64,000 nucleotides of DNA from Candidatus Bathyarchaeota archaeon (GCA_963775685.1 CAVZJV010000014.1:768001-832000), one strand, 5' to 3'; positions 32,402-43,706 are shown, numbered from the stretch's first letter. The notes: generated from the letters alone by a model not told the origin. Numbers and translations are program-made.

Positions 32402-32607
32402 CTCCACGTAAAACAAGTCTTAGGTCACAAACGAATAGAAAACACACTAAAGTACATACAACTTGCTAAAGAATATTCAAAGGCGAGATTGAATACGTTT
32501 CAAGAGTAGCCAAATCTGAAGGAGAAGCCTGCCTACTAATGGACGCAGGTTTTGACTTTGTCTGCGATTTCAACGGCAACAAACTTTTCCGTAAATAGAA
32601 ACACTAA
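32402..32607 (+). pseudogene. Tyrosine integrase C-terminal stub
   Basis: LHVKQVLGHKRIENTLKYIQL / FKGEIEYVSRVAKSEGEACLLMDAGFDFVCDFNGNKLFRK*; homologous to the end of 55176-56120. Confidence 0.9.
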
Positions 32608-32641
32608 AGAAATCACCCTTCGTACACCCTCGGTATGTTTT

Positions 32642-32676
32642 ACCATAGTGGTGCAGGGGGCGGGATTTGAACCCAC
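32642..32676 (-). repeat. att direct repeat (3' end of tRNA-Leu)
   Basis: accatagtggtgcagggggcgggatttgaacccac; 34/35 identical to 56179-56213. Confidence 0.95.
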
Positions 32677-32745
32677 ATACCGGTGGAGATGTCACCCGCA
32701 TAACCCTTTTTTTCTCCATTTTGATTTTTGTTTAAAGCTACTACC

Positions 32746-33060
32746 TCATGAAGCAAATTTTCGATGCCTAAGTATCGCAACTAAAGAGAATACCCCAACT
32801 AACAAAGGTATGACCACCAACAATGATAACTTTGGAGCAGTTGAAGTCGGAGTTGGGTTTGAGGTTGGCAATAATTCTAAAGTTCTAGTTACAGTAAAAT
32901 ACATTTTAGAACAGGCATTGACTGTTCCATCCTCATCATTTGCCATGGCAGTTGCTTTGACTTCTATTGAATGAAATCCTTTAGGCAGAAGACTTAGCGA
33001 TAATGTTTCAGTTAGATTATGCGATAGTGGATGCCCAGGTGCAATCGTCTTTGAGAGGTC
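32746..33060 (-). pseudogene. 3' remnant of a secreted protein with PT linker, TM and RHRK tail
   Basis: YFTVTRT..PTSNPTPTSTAPKLSLLVVIPLLVGVFSLVAILRHRKFAS*; no N-terminal part seen. Confidence 0.65.
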
Positions 33061-33363
33061 CTAAAGTCGTTGCCTCAAGCGGTGAAGAGGAAATGAAATC
33101 GTCCATCAAGTTTAAGATTTGACCTGACTTGCTAAGTCCCTCGAACCTAGCGTCGTTTACAAGTACAGATAATATTTTTGCGTCAAGTCACTCCTTACTC
33201 TCAATTGTGAGCGCATCGGCCAGCCCTCATTTTTGTCATAATAGAGCATGTTGGCAAAAAGGAAAACACCTAAGTGCGCGCTTTTTTCACATTTATTTCT
33301 ATCTATAATTTGAAGCGTTCAAAAGATTCTTATTCTTCGCGAACTAAAAGAATATGATGTTTT

Positions 33364-34365
33364 TTGAAGAGAATAAATGTCACTGTAACTACAGACCAGT
33401 CTGAAGGAGTTCGTGAAATCTTTGAAAAAATTAAGCTCCCCGTTGTTATTTCAACGGGAACCCAGGATGACAAGACTGTGAGCAATTTTTCGGCGCTTAT
33501 ACCTGATGAACTTGTAGACAATTCTATCGAAGAATTAACAAAAAACATAGACCTGCGAATAAAAGAAAATGTAATCAGCGTTTACGACGTAGAATCCTTT
33601 GTCTCCACTGCACTTGATAAAATTAACGAGAAAGCCGCTAAGGAGAAATCCAAAAAGAACCCGTTGGAAAGACTGATTAGCCAGACAGACAAACACGTGC
33701 GGCTAAACAAAGACACGTTAGCCATGGCTTTGTTTGCGACCCTTGTAGCTTTCGCCGGTCTTCTTTTAGACAATGTCGCTATTGTAATCGGAGCTATGCT
33801 CCTCTCGCCTCTCCTAGGTCCATTAAACGCCTTTGCTGTCAACACGAATTTGGGAAGACTGCGAAAAGTCGCAGTTAGTCAATTGTCGATTCTGGGTCTT
33901 TTAGGTGCCATAATCACTTTGTCGGCGGTCACAACCTTTCTTGTTTCACAATTTGTTAGTGTGCCTTTGAATTCAGGCCAAATAATTTTGCGCATGCATG
34001 CTTCTATTTCCGACATTGGGATAGCATTGGTTATCGGGCTTGCAGGCGGATTGGCTTTGTTTGTGGCTCTTCCTGAATTGCTGGTTGGTGTTGCCATTGC
34101 CGTCGCTATTGTTCCGCCGGCTACTGTAGCTGGGATAGGGCTAGCTTTGGGAGACGTTGGTCTCTTAGCAGGAGCTCTGACGCTGACGTTTGTGTACTTG
34201 ATTGGACTGGAGCTAGGTTCTAGTGTAATGCTTAGAATTAGAGGGGTTACACCTAGACATTATTATAAGAAAGGCGAAGTTAGGACGAAATTCGCGTATT
34301 CTGTCGCAATTCTTGCTGTATTATTCGGCATTTTAGCCGCAATCGTTTTCTTCCTAAACATTTAA
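33364..34365 (+). CDS. TIGR00341/DUF389-family membrane protein
   Basis: AGLLLDNVAIVIGAMLLSPLLGP and LVGVAIAVAIVPPA signatures. Confidence 0.88.
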   Translation: MKRINVTVTTDQSEGVREIFEKIKLPVVISTGTQDDKTVSNFSALIPDELVDNSIEELTKNIDLRIKENVISVYDVESFVSTALDKINEKAAKEKSKKNPLERLISQTDKHVRLNKDTLAMALFATLVAFAGLLLDNVAIVIGAMLLSPLLGPLNAFAVNTNLGRLRKVAVSQLSILGLLGAIITLSAVTTFLVSQFVSVPLNSGQIILRMHASISDIGIALVIGLAGGLALFVALPELLVGVAIAVAIVPPATVAGIGLALGDVGLLAGALTLTFVYLIGLELGSSVMLRIRGVTPRHYYKKGEVRTKFAYSVAILAVLFGILAAIVFFLNI

Positions 34366-34657
34366 CCAGTAACCTAAAGGACTTATGCAGGTACCCAATA
34401 AATAGTATTTTTTGCTTTCAAGGGCAACAATAGGAGCCATTGTGGCTATCTTGCTTGCATTCGATTTAGCAATCTTTGTTTCTCCTTGAATTGTAAAGGT
34501 TATGTGTCCCGTTGGACAAGCCTGTTACGAAATCTGTTCCCTCTATTATCGGCAATATACAAACCAACCAGGCATTCGTAATTATATTTCGAGCGAAGTT
34601 CGAAGAAATCCGTAACTTTAATAAATTTATAAAAACAATTTATTATCGGAGATTGTT

Positions 34658-34942
34658 TTGATAAGTTTTGATACATTAATAGGAAAAAAGGTTATTGGAA
34701 CAGACGGATACATAATTGGAGAAGTAACAGGTGCAGAAATTGATCCTACCATTTGGCATGTTCATCAGCTGCATGTAAAGTTAACTGATAATGCATCGGA
34801 AGAGCTCGGTTTTAAGAAAAGGTTTCGAAGCTCCAAAATTTCTATGCCCACTAAAATGGTTCGGTCTGTAGGTGACGTTGTAAACATATGGCCGAAATTA
34901 GAGGCACTAAGTGAAAGCAAAGAGATTACCGAATGCAAATAA
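34658..34942 (+). CDS. PRC-barrel domain protein
   Basis: LIGKKVIGTDGYIIGEVTGAEID..VRSVGDVV. Confidence 0.85.
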   Translation: MISFDTLIGKKVIGTDGYIIGEVTGAEIDPTIWHVHQLHVKLTDNASEELGFKKRFRSSKISMPTKMVRSVGDVVNIWPKLEALSESKEITECK

Positions 34943-35092
34943 ATTAATAGAAAAAGACAACTTTGCCCTTAAGTAATTTCTTTTTTAAATTTTTAAAACT
35001 CCTTTTTGAAACTGGGATTTGCAGTATTGCTTAAAAAGCCAACCGATATACTTTATAGGGAAAAATTCGTTATGTTTTGATTGGAGTAGATT

Positions 35093-35389
35093 TTGATGAA
35101 ATTTAATGAATTAGTTAACCAAACTGTGACTGGCGCAAATGGTTTTGTTATAGGTAAAGTTAAAGACATCGTTATGGATACCGAAGAGTGGAAAATAACT
35201 CACCTTGAAATCGAATTAACAAAGGAAGCTACTGAACAAATCCTTGGGGTAAAGCCTGCGTTGTTTGATCTTCCAAGAAACACCTTAGCAATTTCTGCGT
35301 TGCAAAAAGGCGTTTTATGCTGTAGCGAAAAAGGAATAAGCCTTAAGGTAACAAAAGATCAATTAGCTCTCTACCTAAGACCTACGTAG
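35093..35389 (+). CDS. PRC-barrel domain protein
   Basis: LVNQTVTGANGFVIGKVKDIVMDTEEWKITHL. Confidence 0.8.
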   Translation: MMKFNELVNQTVTGANGFVIGKVKDIVMDTEEWKITHLEIELTKEATEQILGVKPALFDLPRNTLAISALQKGVLCCSEKGISLKVTKDQLALYLRPT

Positions 35390-35985
35390 CGTAGGCGGGT
35401 AGATAGGAATTTTGGTTTGGGCTATCTTTTCATTTTTTTATTAATAAGTTTGAATGCAAATGTGAGTATAAATAAAAAAGTAAAAAAATGAGTACCCTTT
35501 AGCCCTTGCCCAATTTTCAATGGAAGGATTTTAAAAACATGAGGCAGAAAAAGGGTTTTTAGAACCCTTCACGCACTAACAATCAAATTATTGATATACG
35601 GAAATAATACATTTGAGGAAAGATTGAGGGCTTTGATGCAAAGACCTATACGCCTTGGAAGAGAAGAAAAGTAGAATAGACAAAAACAATCAAGCCCATC
35701 CAGAAACTCGTCGGCTTGTTTGACTTTGCCATGATAACCACTCCCACGAATTCTGTTAGTATGTTCTTTTAAAAATTCCAGCTGACAAGAAAAGATGTAG
35801 GTGTTATTCTGCACGATATAGAGGCTCGGTAAAATGGCATAAACAATCGCTCGTCAATACAACTCGCTAAAGGGCACCCCTCGCAAGAGTCTGCCTTGCA
35901 GCCATTAAGCAACTTTTGTGGAAGCGCACTATAAAACTAATCCAAACTGGAACTTGAAAGAAATATTATCAAAATTAATCGGCGT

Positions 35986-36594
35986 CTAACTTAGGGGTAT
36001 AGTTGGAATGACTGCGGTGATTCCATTTATAATAAATTGTATTGCTATAGCCAGTACTATGATCGCCATTAGTGTACTCAACACGTGCAATCCATCGTGC
36101 CCTAAGACCTTGAAAAGTTTTGGAGCGTAAATCATGCCAAAATAGGATAACAGAATTCCAACAGCTATTGCCAAGAAAACAATGCCTGCTTCAACAACAT
36201 TATTAGCTTCTGAAAAAAGCAATATTACTGTTGTTATAGTGCCTGCACCTGCGGTTAGAGGAAAAGCAAGCGGAATAATTGAAATATCTTCACGATCAGA
36301 TGAATAAACTTTCTTATCTGACAACATTCGTAGTGCAAAGACAATCAAGAGGATACCGCCTGCTATTTGGAAAGCATATACTTGAAGATTAAATACCTGA
36401 AAAATAAGTTGACCCGTTATTGCAAAGAAAAAAAGAACGACAAGGGATATTTTCATCGCCTTGATTATGATCTTGCGTTGTTTTTCAGGACTAAGATCTT
36501 CTGTCAGACTTGAAAAAACAGCTACTGTGCTAATTGGATTCATTACCGCTACAATAGATGAAGTGGCTACTAATACGAATTCAATTGGTTCCAA
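35986..36594 (-). CDS. marC: MarC-family membrane protein
   Basis: VMNPIS, FQIAGGILL, IIPLAFPLTAGAGTIT, AIAIQFIINGI. Confidence 0.9.
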   Translation of the reverse strand: MEPIEFVLVATSSIVAVMNPISTVAVFSSLTEDLSPEKQRKIIIKAMKISLVVLFFFAITGQLIFQVFNLQVYAFQIAGGILLIVFALRMLSDKKVYSSDREDISIIPLAFPLTAGAGTITTVILLFSEANNVVEAGIVFLAIAVGILLSYFGMIYAPKLFKVLGHDGLHVLSTLMAIIVLAIAIQFIINGITAVIPTIPLS

Positions 36595-36744
36595 TATTTT
36601 TGCCTAAACTGACTTAGTCAATTTTGTATATAAGCATTGACAAACAAGCCCAAACTAGGTACGGTTTTTTTAAGTTATGACAATACTTAACATCGAAAAA
36701 CGAGAAGTACACCGTCTCGAACCAAAGATAGCCATTGAAATCGG

Positions 36745-36969
36745 AAGGAAATATTAGACGAAGCTTCAGCAGCAATTGAAGGCGTTACTTGTGAAACGGT
36801 TTTGGAATTTGGTAACCCTGCAAGAATGACGCAACAAATAGCAAAAATGGATGACTACGACCTGATTGTATTGGGAAATCGAGGTTTAAGCAGCATTACA
36901 AGGTTTTTCATGGGAAGCGAAGCATCCTTTGTAAGCATGAATGCTAAACGTTCAGTGATGCTTGTTTGA
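36745..36969 (+). pseudogene. Universal stress protein, C-terminal remnant
   Basis: EFGNPARM..YDLIVLGNRGLSSITRFFMGSEASFV..RSVMLV*; no intact N-terminus. Confidence 0.8.
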
Positions 36970-37058
36970 TAGCATTAAATGTGGCAACCCAAATACTCAA
37001 AAATTGAATACAAACATTTAGCGAGGCGCATTTTCTATTTTTTCTTTGATGTTTGCCT

Positions 37059-37289
37059 TTATGGCTTAAAAATTGTCAAGAACCCTTTGGTTTTATCCTC
37101 TTGTATAGCCAAATTGAATTTCTCAATGAACATTTCTATTATGTGACGGTCGTAATCAGCTCTTACCTTCAATTGGTAGTTTCCAGGGGTTCTCTTCTCA
37201 ATCAAAACAAAAGTTGGATCAATTAAATATTCATCACTCAACTGCTTCATGAGAGCTACCACTTCCGCTCTATTCATCTGTTCCCCCAA
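37059..37289 (-). CDS. Small hypothetical protein
   Basis: 76-aa ORF with globular composition. Confidence 0.6.
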   Translation of the reverse strand: MGEQMNRAEVVALMKQLSDEYLIDPTFVLIEKRTPGNYQLKVRADYDRHIIEMFIEKFNLAIQEDKTKGFLTIFKP

Positions 37290-37460
37290 AACCCATTTTT
37301 AACTCATTCCACTAATAACACTTTGGTACGTTCAGGCAAAATTGCCCTATCCAAGCAATACAATGCTTGAAGCTGAGCTTAGCTAAAGCTTCAGCGCCAG
37401 CATAATTTCCTCTTCTCATACTAAACAACTCTCCTAGCCCGCACCGAGGAAGCCTATAAA

Positions 37461-38207
37461 ATGGAAATGGAGAAACCACCTGAATCTGAAATAAGCAAGT
37501 TAGCCCGCATGAGTGCTGACCGAGAGAGAGCGTTCAACGCCCTACCACGCCCAGAGCAGCTGCGATTGCTCGGGTACATTCACTTTTCCCCTCAGGAAGC
37601 CGAGAAAGCCGTTTATCCATCGGGTGATTTTAAGCGAATTGAGATGCAGAATTGGACTGCTCTTTTGGGGTTAGAACAGGGAGTTAAGGTTAGGCATACG
37701 ACGACGTCTTGGATTGTTCATGTGGAAACGCTCTATGGTCGTAGTTCCGGGGAGTTAGTGACGACTGCTAAAACTTTGGCTGACCGAGTCGCTAAGGGTT
37801 TAATGAGCAAATATGGCTGCGTTTTAGGTGACGGCAAGATTAACAAACGCCACGAGTTAGGTGTCGATGATCCTGTCGCTAATCTTCTCAACCGCTACTT
37901 TACAGTTAGCACTCCCAAACGAGTAATCGATGATAGTCCAGGTGAAGATGAGGGTGAGCTTGATCACCTTGGGCGTGACGCTGCAGTTGAGTACTTGTTA
38001 ATGCCAGAGCGAGTCAAGAAACTTGAAGGGCAATTTGATAATGTTCTTTGTGATTTAGAAAGGATTTCAGGCAGCCTTGTCAAACTGGAGAAGATGGGTT
38101 GTGACTTGGGAAGAGTTGCCGATATTTTGGGTAAGCTTGTAGTTTCTGAGGGCACTCAAGACGTCGCTAAAGGTTCAGTAAACGGAGGAAGTAGCTATGT
38201 GTCTTAG
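37461..38207 (+). CDS. Hypothetical element-backbone protein
   Basis: 248-aa ORF with coiled-coil-like C-terminus; no family recognised. Confidence 0.6.
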   Translation: MEMEKPPESEISKLARMSADRERAFNALPRPEQLRLLGYIHFSPQEAEKAVYPSGDFKRIEMQNWTALLGLEQGVKVRHTTTSWIVHVETLYGRSSGELVTTAKTLADRVAKGLMSKYGCVLGDGKINKRHELGVDDPVANLLNRYFTVSTPKRVIDDSPGEDEGELDHLGRDAAVEYLLMPERVKKLEGQFDNVLCDLERISGSLVKLEKMGCDLGRVADILGKLVVSEGTQDVAKGSVNGGSSYVS

Positions 38208-38407
38208 GATGGTTCCAGAAAATCCCAAGTTTAGAATAGCAGTAATGGCAGTAAAAACACGTTCAAAAGCCATTTCATCACATTGCTCAAGGCATGGGAA
38301 AAGTCCATGCTTTTTACAAGTTGCTTTTCTGTGGTTGGTTGGTCCTGATTACCCACTGCTAATTTTGCCATGCGTGGATGGAGCGGAAAACTTGGAGTGT
38401 GCATTTT

Positions 38408-38873
38408 GACATGGAAGATAGCGAAAAACCTGTTCAGAACCAGAAAAAGAAGCGCAGCCAAAGCGATAAGATAGGTCGATTGAAGTACAATCAGCAGCTC
38501 CTCAAACAGACTCTGTCTGAGATAGAAGAAGTGAAGTTGATACTACGCACAATCTTTGCTGGTTTGAAGGATTCTTTCATTTTTAACAGTCGTTAATCGA
38601 GCGTATAGCTTGCGTGGATGAGGTAGACCGAGAGATTTTACGTTTACTCTTTGAGGCGGGACAGTCTGGCTTATTACCAAAGAATTGGCCTTCAAGCTTG
38701 AATCATTTAGGGGGATGCGTCACCAGGTTAGCCGTAGAATCTTTCGGATGAATAAACGTATGGAAAAAGAGCTTGGAGAACAAATTGTTGAGAGAAGAGG
38801 GTGGCATTGGGAGCTTACCCATTTTGCGTTTGATACTTGGACTAGCAGCAGAAAGGATGAATTAGCAATATAA
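38408..38873 (+). pseudogene. Winged-helix-like element protein, frameshifted
   Basis: MEDSEK..DSFIF / LIERIACVDEVDREILRLLFEAGQSGLLPK / HQVSRRIFRMNKRMEKELGEQIVERRGWHW. Confidence 0.55.
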
Positions 38874-38985
38874 TATGGGTTTTAAAGGCTTAGATGTTCA
38901 ATGGTGAATAGAAGCAGTCATTTGAGGATAGTTTTAGATAGTCATATATACATTAAGCCTCCCAGTTGTACTAATCTTCGGCTGA

Positions 38986-40020
38986 GTGAAGTCAAACTTG
39001 TTATCGTTAATTAGGAAACGAAATATCATAATTATTGCAGTCGTAATCTTATCATTGGCAATTATTTTAAGTTCATTTCTTTACCTTAATTATCAAAAGT
39101 CGTATTTCGGTGACGTAGAATCAATTTCTGTTGGAATGGAACCTAATCAGGTAAACCTGCTTGTTTATGTCGCTGAAAATCAAAACTACTTTACTACCAA
39201 TGGGCTCAACGTAACAATCAAAGATTATGCTTCTGGGTCCGCGGCAGTTAATGGAATGTTAAATGGGGAAGTGAATATTGCCGCCGCAACCGAGTTTGTT
39301 GTTGCCAGAAATGCCGCAGCAAATCAAACCATCCAAACCTTCGCTAGCATAAACAAGTTCCTACAAATTTACATCATAGGAAACAAAGACAGTGGCATCA
39401 CAAATATTTCAGACCTACCAGGAAAGAAAGTTGGATTATCGTTGCAGACAGCATCCCAGTTTTATCTGGGCAGGTTCCTTGAATTAAACGGAATGAATCT
39501 TAACCAATTGAGTCTTGTTAATGTTTCGCCTTTGCAAGTGGAAGATGCCTTGGCAAGTGGAACTGTTGATGCTGTAGTTGCCTGGCAGCCCTACGCTGGA
39601 GCAATCGAAAATCGGCTAGGTAATGACCATCTGGTTATGTGGGATGCTCAAAGTGGGCAGGAAGCGTACGATTGCGCAATTAGTCAAACCAGCTGGATAA
39701 ATAGTAATCCACAGCTTGTGCAGCGGTTTTTGAAGTCTCTTGCGCAAGCCAAGCAGTACATCATAAGTCATCCACCTGACGCCAAAATGATTTTGCAAAA
39801 TCGCCTCAACTTTGACGCTTCATATGTTGAGACAGTTTGGTCACAATACAGGTTCTCGCTTTCGCTAGACCAGTCCCTTGTTGTGGCTTTGCAAGATGAA
39901 GGTCAATGGTTGATAAGTAATCATTTGACCAATGCGACCGTAACTCCTAACTTCATACAGTACGTTTACATTCAAGGGCTTAAATCGGTGGAACCTGATA
40001 CCGTGAACGTCATAAGCTGA
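38986..40020 (+). CDS. NMT1/SsuA/NrtA-type substrate-binding protein, membrane anchored
   Basis: VYVAENQNYF..GLNV, ISDLPGKKVG, GTVDAVVAWQPY, NPQLVQRFLKSL. Confidence 0.88.
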   Translation: MKSNLLSLIRKRNIIIIAVVILSLAIILSSFLYLNYQKSYFGDVESISVGMEPNQVNLLVYVAENQNYFTTNGLNVTIKDYASGSAAVNGMLNGEVNIAAATEFVVARNAAANQTIQTFASINKFLQIYIIGNKDSGITNISDLPGKKVGLSLQTASQFYLGRFLELNGMNLNQLSLVNVSPLQVEDALASGTVDAVVAWQPYAGAIENRLGNDHLVMWDAQSGQEAYDCAISQTSWINSNPQLVQRFLKSLAQAKQYIISHPPDAKMILQNRLNFDASYVETVWSQYRFSLSLDQSLVVALQDEGQWLISNHLTNATVTPNFIQYVYIQGLKSVEPDTVNVIS

Positions 40021-40029
40021 GGAAAACAA

Positions 40030-42354
40030 ATGAAGTTAAAGAGTCAACTCATCATCGGCATCATTGTCTTCGGCATAATTTTACTATTTATCTCTGCATC
40101 GGTGGTCGCTACAAATCAACAGGTAACTCAGATTATTAAGCAGGAACAAATGGCTAATGACATTAATACTGGCGCCAGCACTCTTGCCTACATTTCGAAC
40201 GATTATTTCCTTAGCAAACAAGGTTCCGAAGTTACATCATGGCAGAGTCAGTTTTCAACCCTTTCAACTGAACTTTCGCAAATAAATCCATCGAGCCCAG
40301 AGTTAACAGGACTAATTAATAACGTAAAAGCCGACATGCAACAATTGGGCACAGTGTTCAATAATTCTGCAATTTATCTCCAAAGTATCCCTGCAAATGA
40401 AAGCGGAATCGTTCATCCGCTTCTAAACACTTATACCACAAGATTGAATCTACAAAATCAAGCACTCGCTTTCGACGCTTCTGTTTTATCAAAAGCTCTA
40501 AGCGATCAAGCCGACCAATTACGGCAAACAAACAGCATTCTCCTTTTCATCCTTTTAGGTGCATTTGGAGCGTACTTTGTGACTGTTTACTTCATTAGTT
40601 ACAGGCGCACTTTTAAATCATTAACCAATCTCCAAGAAGAAACAAAAATTATCGGTTTAGGCAAACTTGACCACCAGATTATCAGTAACACTAATGACGA
40701 AATTGGAGATTTATCTAAAGCCTTCAACCAAATGACAACTAACCTGAAAACCGTCACGGCCTCCAAAACTGACCTAGACAAGCGCAAGCTTCTTTGCGTG
40801 AAAGTGAGCAGCGCTGGGCAACTACTTTGGCAAGTATCGGCGACGCTGTCATTGCCACTGATATATCGGGTAAAATTATGTTTATGAATGGTGTGGCTGA
40901 AGAGTTGACAGGTTGGGCAATGAGTGAAGCTTTAACGAAACCGGTGAAGACCGTATTTAACATCATTAACGAGCAGATCTCGTTTGGAGGTTGAAAGCCC
41001 AATAGAAAGAGTTCTCAGAGAAGGAATGGTTGTTGGTTTAGCTAACCACACGGTCTTAATTCGAAAAGACGGCGCAGAAGTTCCAATTGATGACAGCGGA
41101 GCACCTATAAGAGATAAAGACGGCAAAACCACGGGTGTGGTGCTTGTTTTCCGCGACATTGCAGAGCGAAAGAAAGCTGAAGAGGAATTGCTGGAGAGCG
41201 CGGACCGACTGAACAGAAGTCAAGAGATTGCTCATCTTGGTGGCTGGGAACTTGATTTAGTTAAAAATAAGTTAACGTGGTCAGATGAAGTTTATCGTAT
41301 CTTTGGTTTGAAACCGCAAGAGTTTGGAGCCACGTATGAAGCGTTTTTGCAAGCGGTGCATCCAGATGATCGTGAAGCCGTAGACACTGCATATTCGGGG
41401 TCTTTGCTTGAGGGCAGAGACACTTATGAAATTGAACATCGAGTGGTTAAAAAATCAACTGGTGAGATACGTTTAGTCTACGAAAAAGGAGAGCATCTTC
41501 GAAATGGAAAAGGCAAAATAATTCGTTCAATTGGGATGGTGCAGGACATTACCGATCGCAAGATGATGGAAGCTAAGCTTGAAGAATACAGCCAGCATTT
41601 GGAGAATTTGGTTGAAGAAAGAAGTAAGCAGCTTAAAGATTCTGAGCGACTGGCAACTATCGGTGCCACTGCGGGTATGGTGGGTCATGATATTCGAAAT
41701 CCACTGCAGGCTATTACTGGGGATGTTTATTTGGCTAAAACAGAGTTGGATTCAATTCCTGAAGGAGAAGAGAAAAAAAACATCCAAGAAAGCCTAACAG
41801 AAATTGAAAAAAATATAGATTACATTAACAAAATTGTTGCTGACTTGCAAGATTATGCAAGACCTCTTAAGCCAAATGCTGAAGAAACTGATTTAAAACT
41901 CATAATTGATGACTTGCTATCAAAGAACGGTTTGCCAGAGAATATTAAAGTAAATGTTAAAGTAGACACTGCAAAAGTTGTGGCTGACTCCACTTTCATA
42001 AACCGCATATTATACAATTTGGTAAATAATGCTGTTCAAGCCATGCCAAAGGGCGGCAAACTAACCATTCGCACATACAAAGAAGCAAATGATACCGTCA
42101 TATCTGTTAAAGATACAGGCCATGGCATTCCTGAAGCAGTGAAAGGCAAGTTGTTTACTCCAATGTTCACCACAAAAGCCAAAGGCCAAGGATTTGGTCT
42201 AGCAGTAATCAAGCGTATGACTGAAGCTTTAGGCGGCACCGTAACCTTTGAGAGCCAAGAAGGCAAAGGAACAACTTTCATTGTACGTTTGCCCCCCCCC
42301 AAAGAGCTAAACGGTAAATGGACTATAAGTAAGGATAGTTTTCTAATTCTTTAG
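40030..42354 (+). pseudogene. Sensor histidine kinase (TM-HAMP-PAS-PAS-HisKA-HATPase) split by two frameshifts (~40790, ~40980)
   Basis: DEIGDLSKAFNQM; TLASIGDAVIATD; WSDEVYRIFG; GHDIRNPL; NNAVQA, DTGHG, GQGFGL. Confidence 0.85.
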
Positions 42355-42535
42355 CAAAGAAAAGGGTCTCAAAATGTAGCTCTACAAATTTACTTCTTGA
42401 CCTTTTTTGTTTTGGAATATGCGGTTAGGATGTGTTTTATTTTGGCTTTTTCGAAGTTTTGCTGTTGTAGTTAATCCGAAGTCACAAACAGCTAAAATAT
42501 TTATGCTCCTTTTGTTGGATTAGGAGTTTTTTGAA

Positions 42536-43400
42536 ATGCCTAATATTATTACCAAAGATGGCACGAAGATTTATTATAAAGATTGGGGCAAAGGACAACC
42601 AGTTGTTTTCAGTCATGGCTGGCCTCTAAATGGAGATGCTTTTGAAGATCAAATGTTCTATCTGGCGCCTAAAGGTTACCGCTGTATTGCACATGACCGA
42701 CGAGGGCACGGACGCTCAAGTCAACCTTGGAACGGAAATGACATGGACACTTATGCGGACGACCTTAGTGAGCTCATAGAAAAGCTTGACTTAAAAAATG
42801 TAATTCTGGTTGGACATTCAACTGGAGGCGGCGAAGTTACAAGATACATAGGTCGCCATGGAAACAAAAGAGTGGCAAAAATTGTGCTAATTGGCTCGGT
42901 TTCACCTTTAATGGTTAAGACAGCAGATAATCCTGGAGGGTTACCAATACAAGTTTTTGACCAATTACGCGCAAACGTTGTTGATGACCGTTCACAATTC
43001 TTTAAAGATCTCTCGATGCCGTTCTACGGATATAACAGACCAAACGCCAAAATTTCGGAAGGAGTGCGCGAGAATTTCTGGCATCAAGGCATGATGGCGG
43101 GATTTCCAGCAGCATATTTCTGCATCAAAGCATTCTCAGAAACAGACTATGACGGAAGATCTGAAAAAAATAGATGTGCCAACATTGATTCTTCACGGCG
43201 ACGACGATCAAATCGTGCCCATTGCTGACTCGGCTATGCTCTCCGCAAAAATCGTAAAGCAAGCAACACTCAAAGTCTACAAGGGTGCACCGCACGGTAT
43301 GTGCACCACACACAAGCAACAAGTCAACGAGGATCTTTTGGCATTCTTCAAAGAAAAACCGGCAACTCAAGCACCAATGACAGCCCAACCCAATTCTTAA
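42536..43400 (+). pseudogene. cpo: Non-heme chloroperoxidase-type alpha/beta hydrolase, one frameshift at ~43150
   Basis: [24 protein letters not shown]; second frame [28 protein letters not shown]. Confidence 0.85.
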
Positions 43401-43401
43401 G

Positions 43402-43671
43402 ATGCACAAACTGCAGCCACACCTTATAAAAGTCGGGAAACTAGAGAGCCTTAGCACGGATCAAATGTGCAAGGTTAAAGAAACATTTCTCCGAAGCAAT
43501 CATCCAAGGTTCAAAAGAGAATTTGCCGTTAGCCGACACCAACCATTCGGAAAAACAACTGATTACCAGATCGCAATCCAGAAAGCAGATCCAACAAAAA
43601 TGACAAAACTCATCAAACTCGTCGGAATGCTTCTTCAAATGAAAATTTATTTGTTTTGGAGAAAGCCATAA
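43402..43671 (+). pseudogene. Duplicate C-terminal remnant of the element GNAT protein
   Basis: KETFLRSNHPRFKREFAVSRHQPFGKT..KLVGMLLQMKIYLFW, nearly the same as 45091-45339. Confidence 0.75.
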
Positions 43672-43706
43672 CGGCGCAGAGAGCCATTTTGCTTTGTAGC
43701 TTCGCT

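Noticed and set aside
20057-32713. Repeated arm motif as a CRISPR array
   Set aside because: Copies are hundreds to thousands of bases apart with no regular spacers, and no cas genes are present.
32552-32974. 140-aa plus-strand ORF
   Set aside because: Shadow ORF spanning the integrase stub, the att site and the antisense of the RHRK stub.
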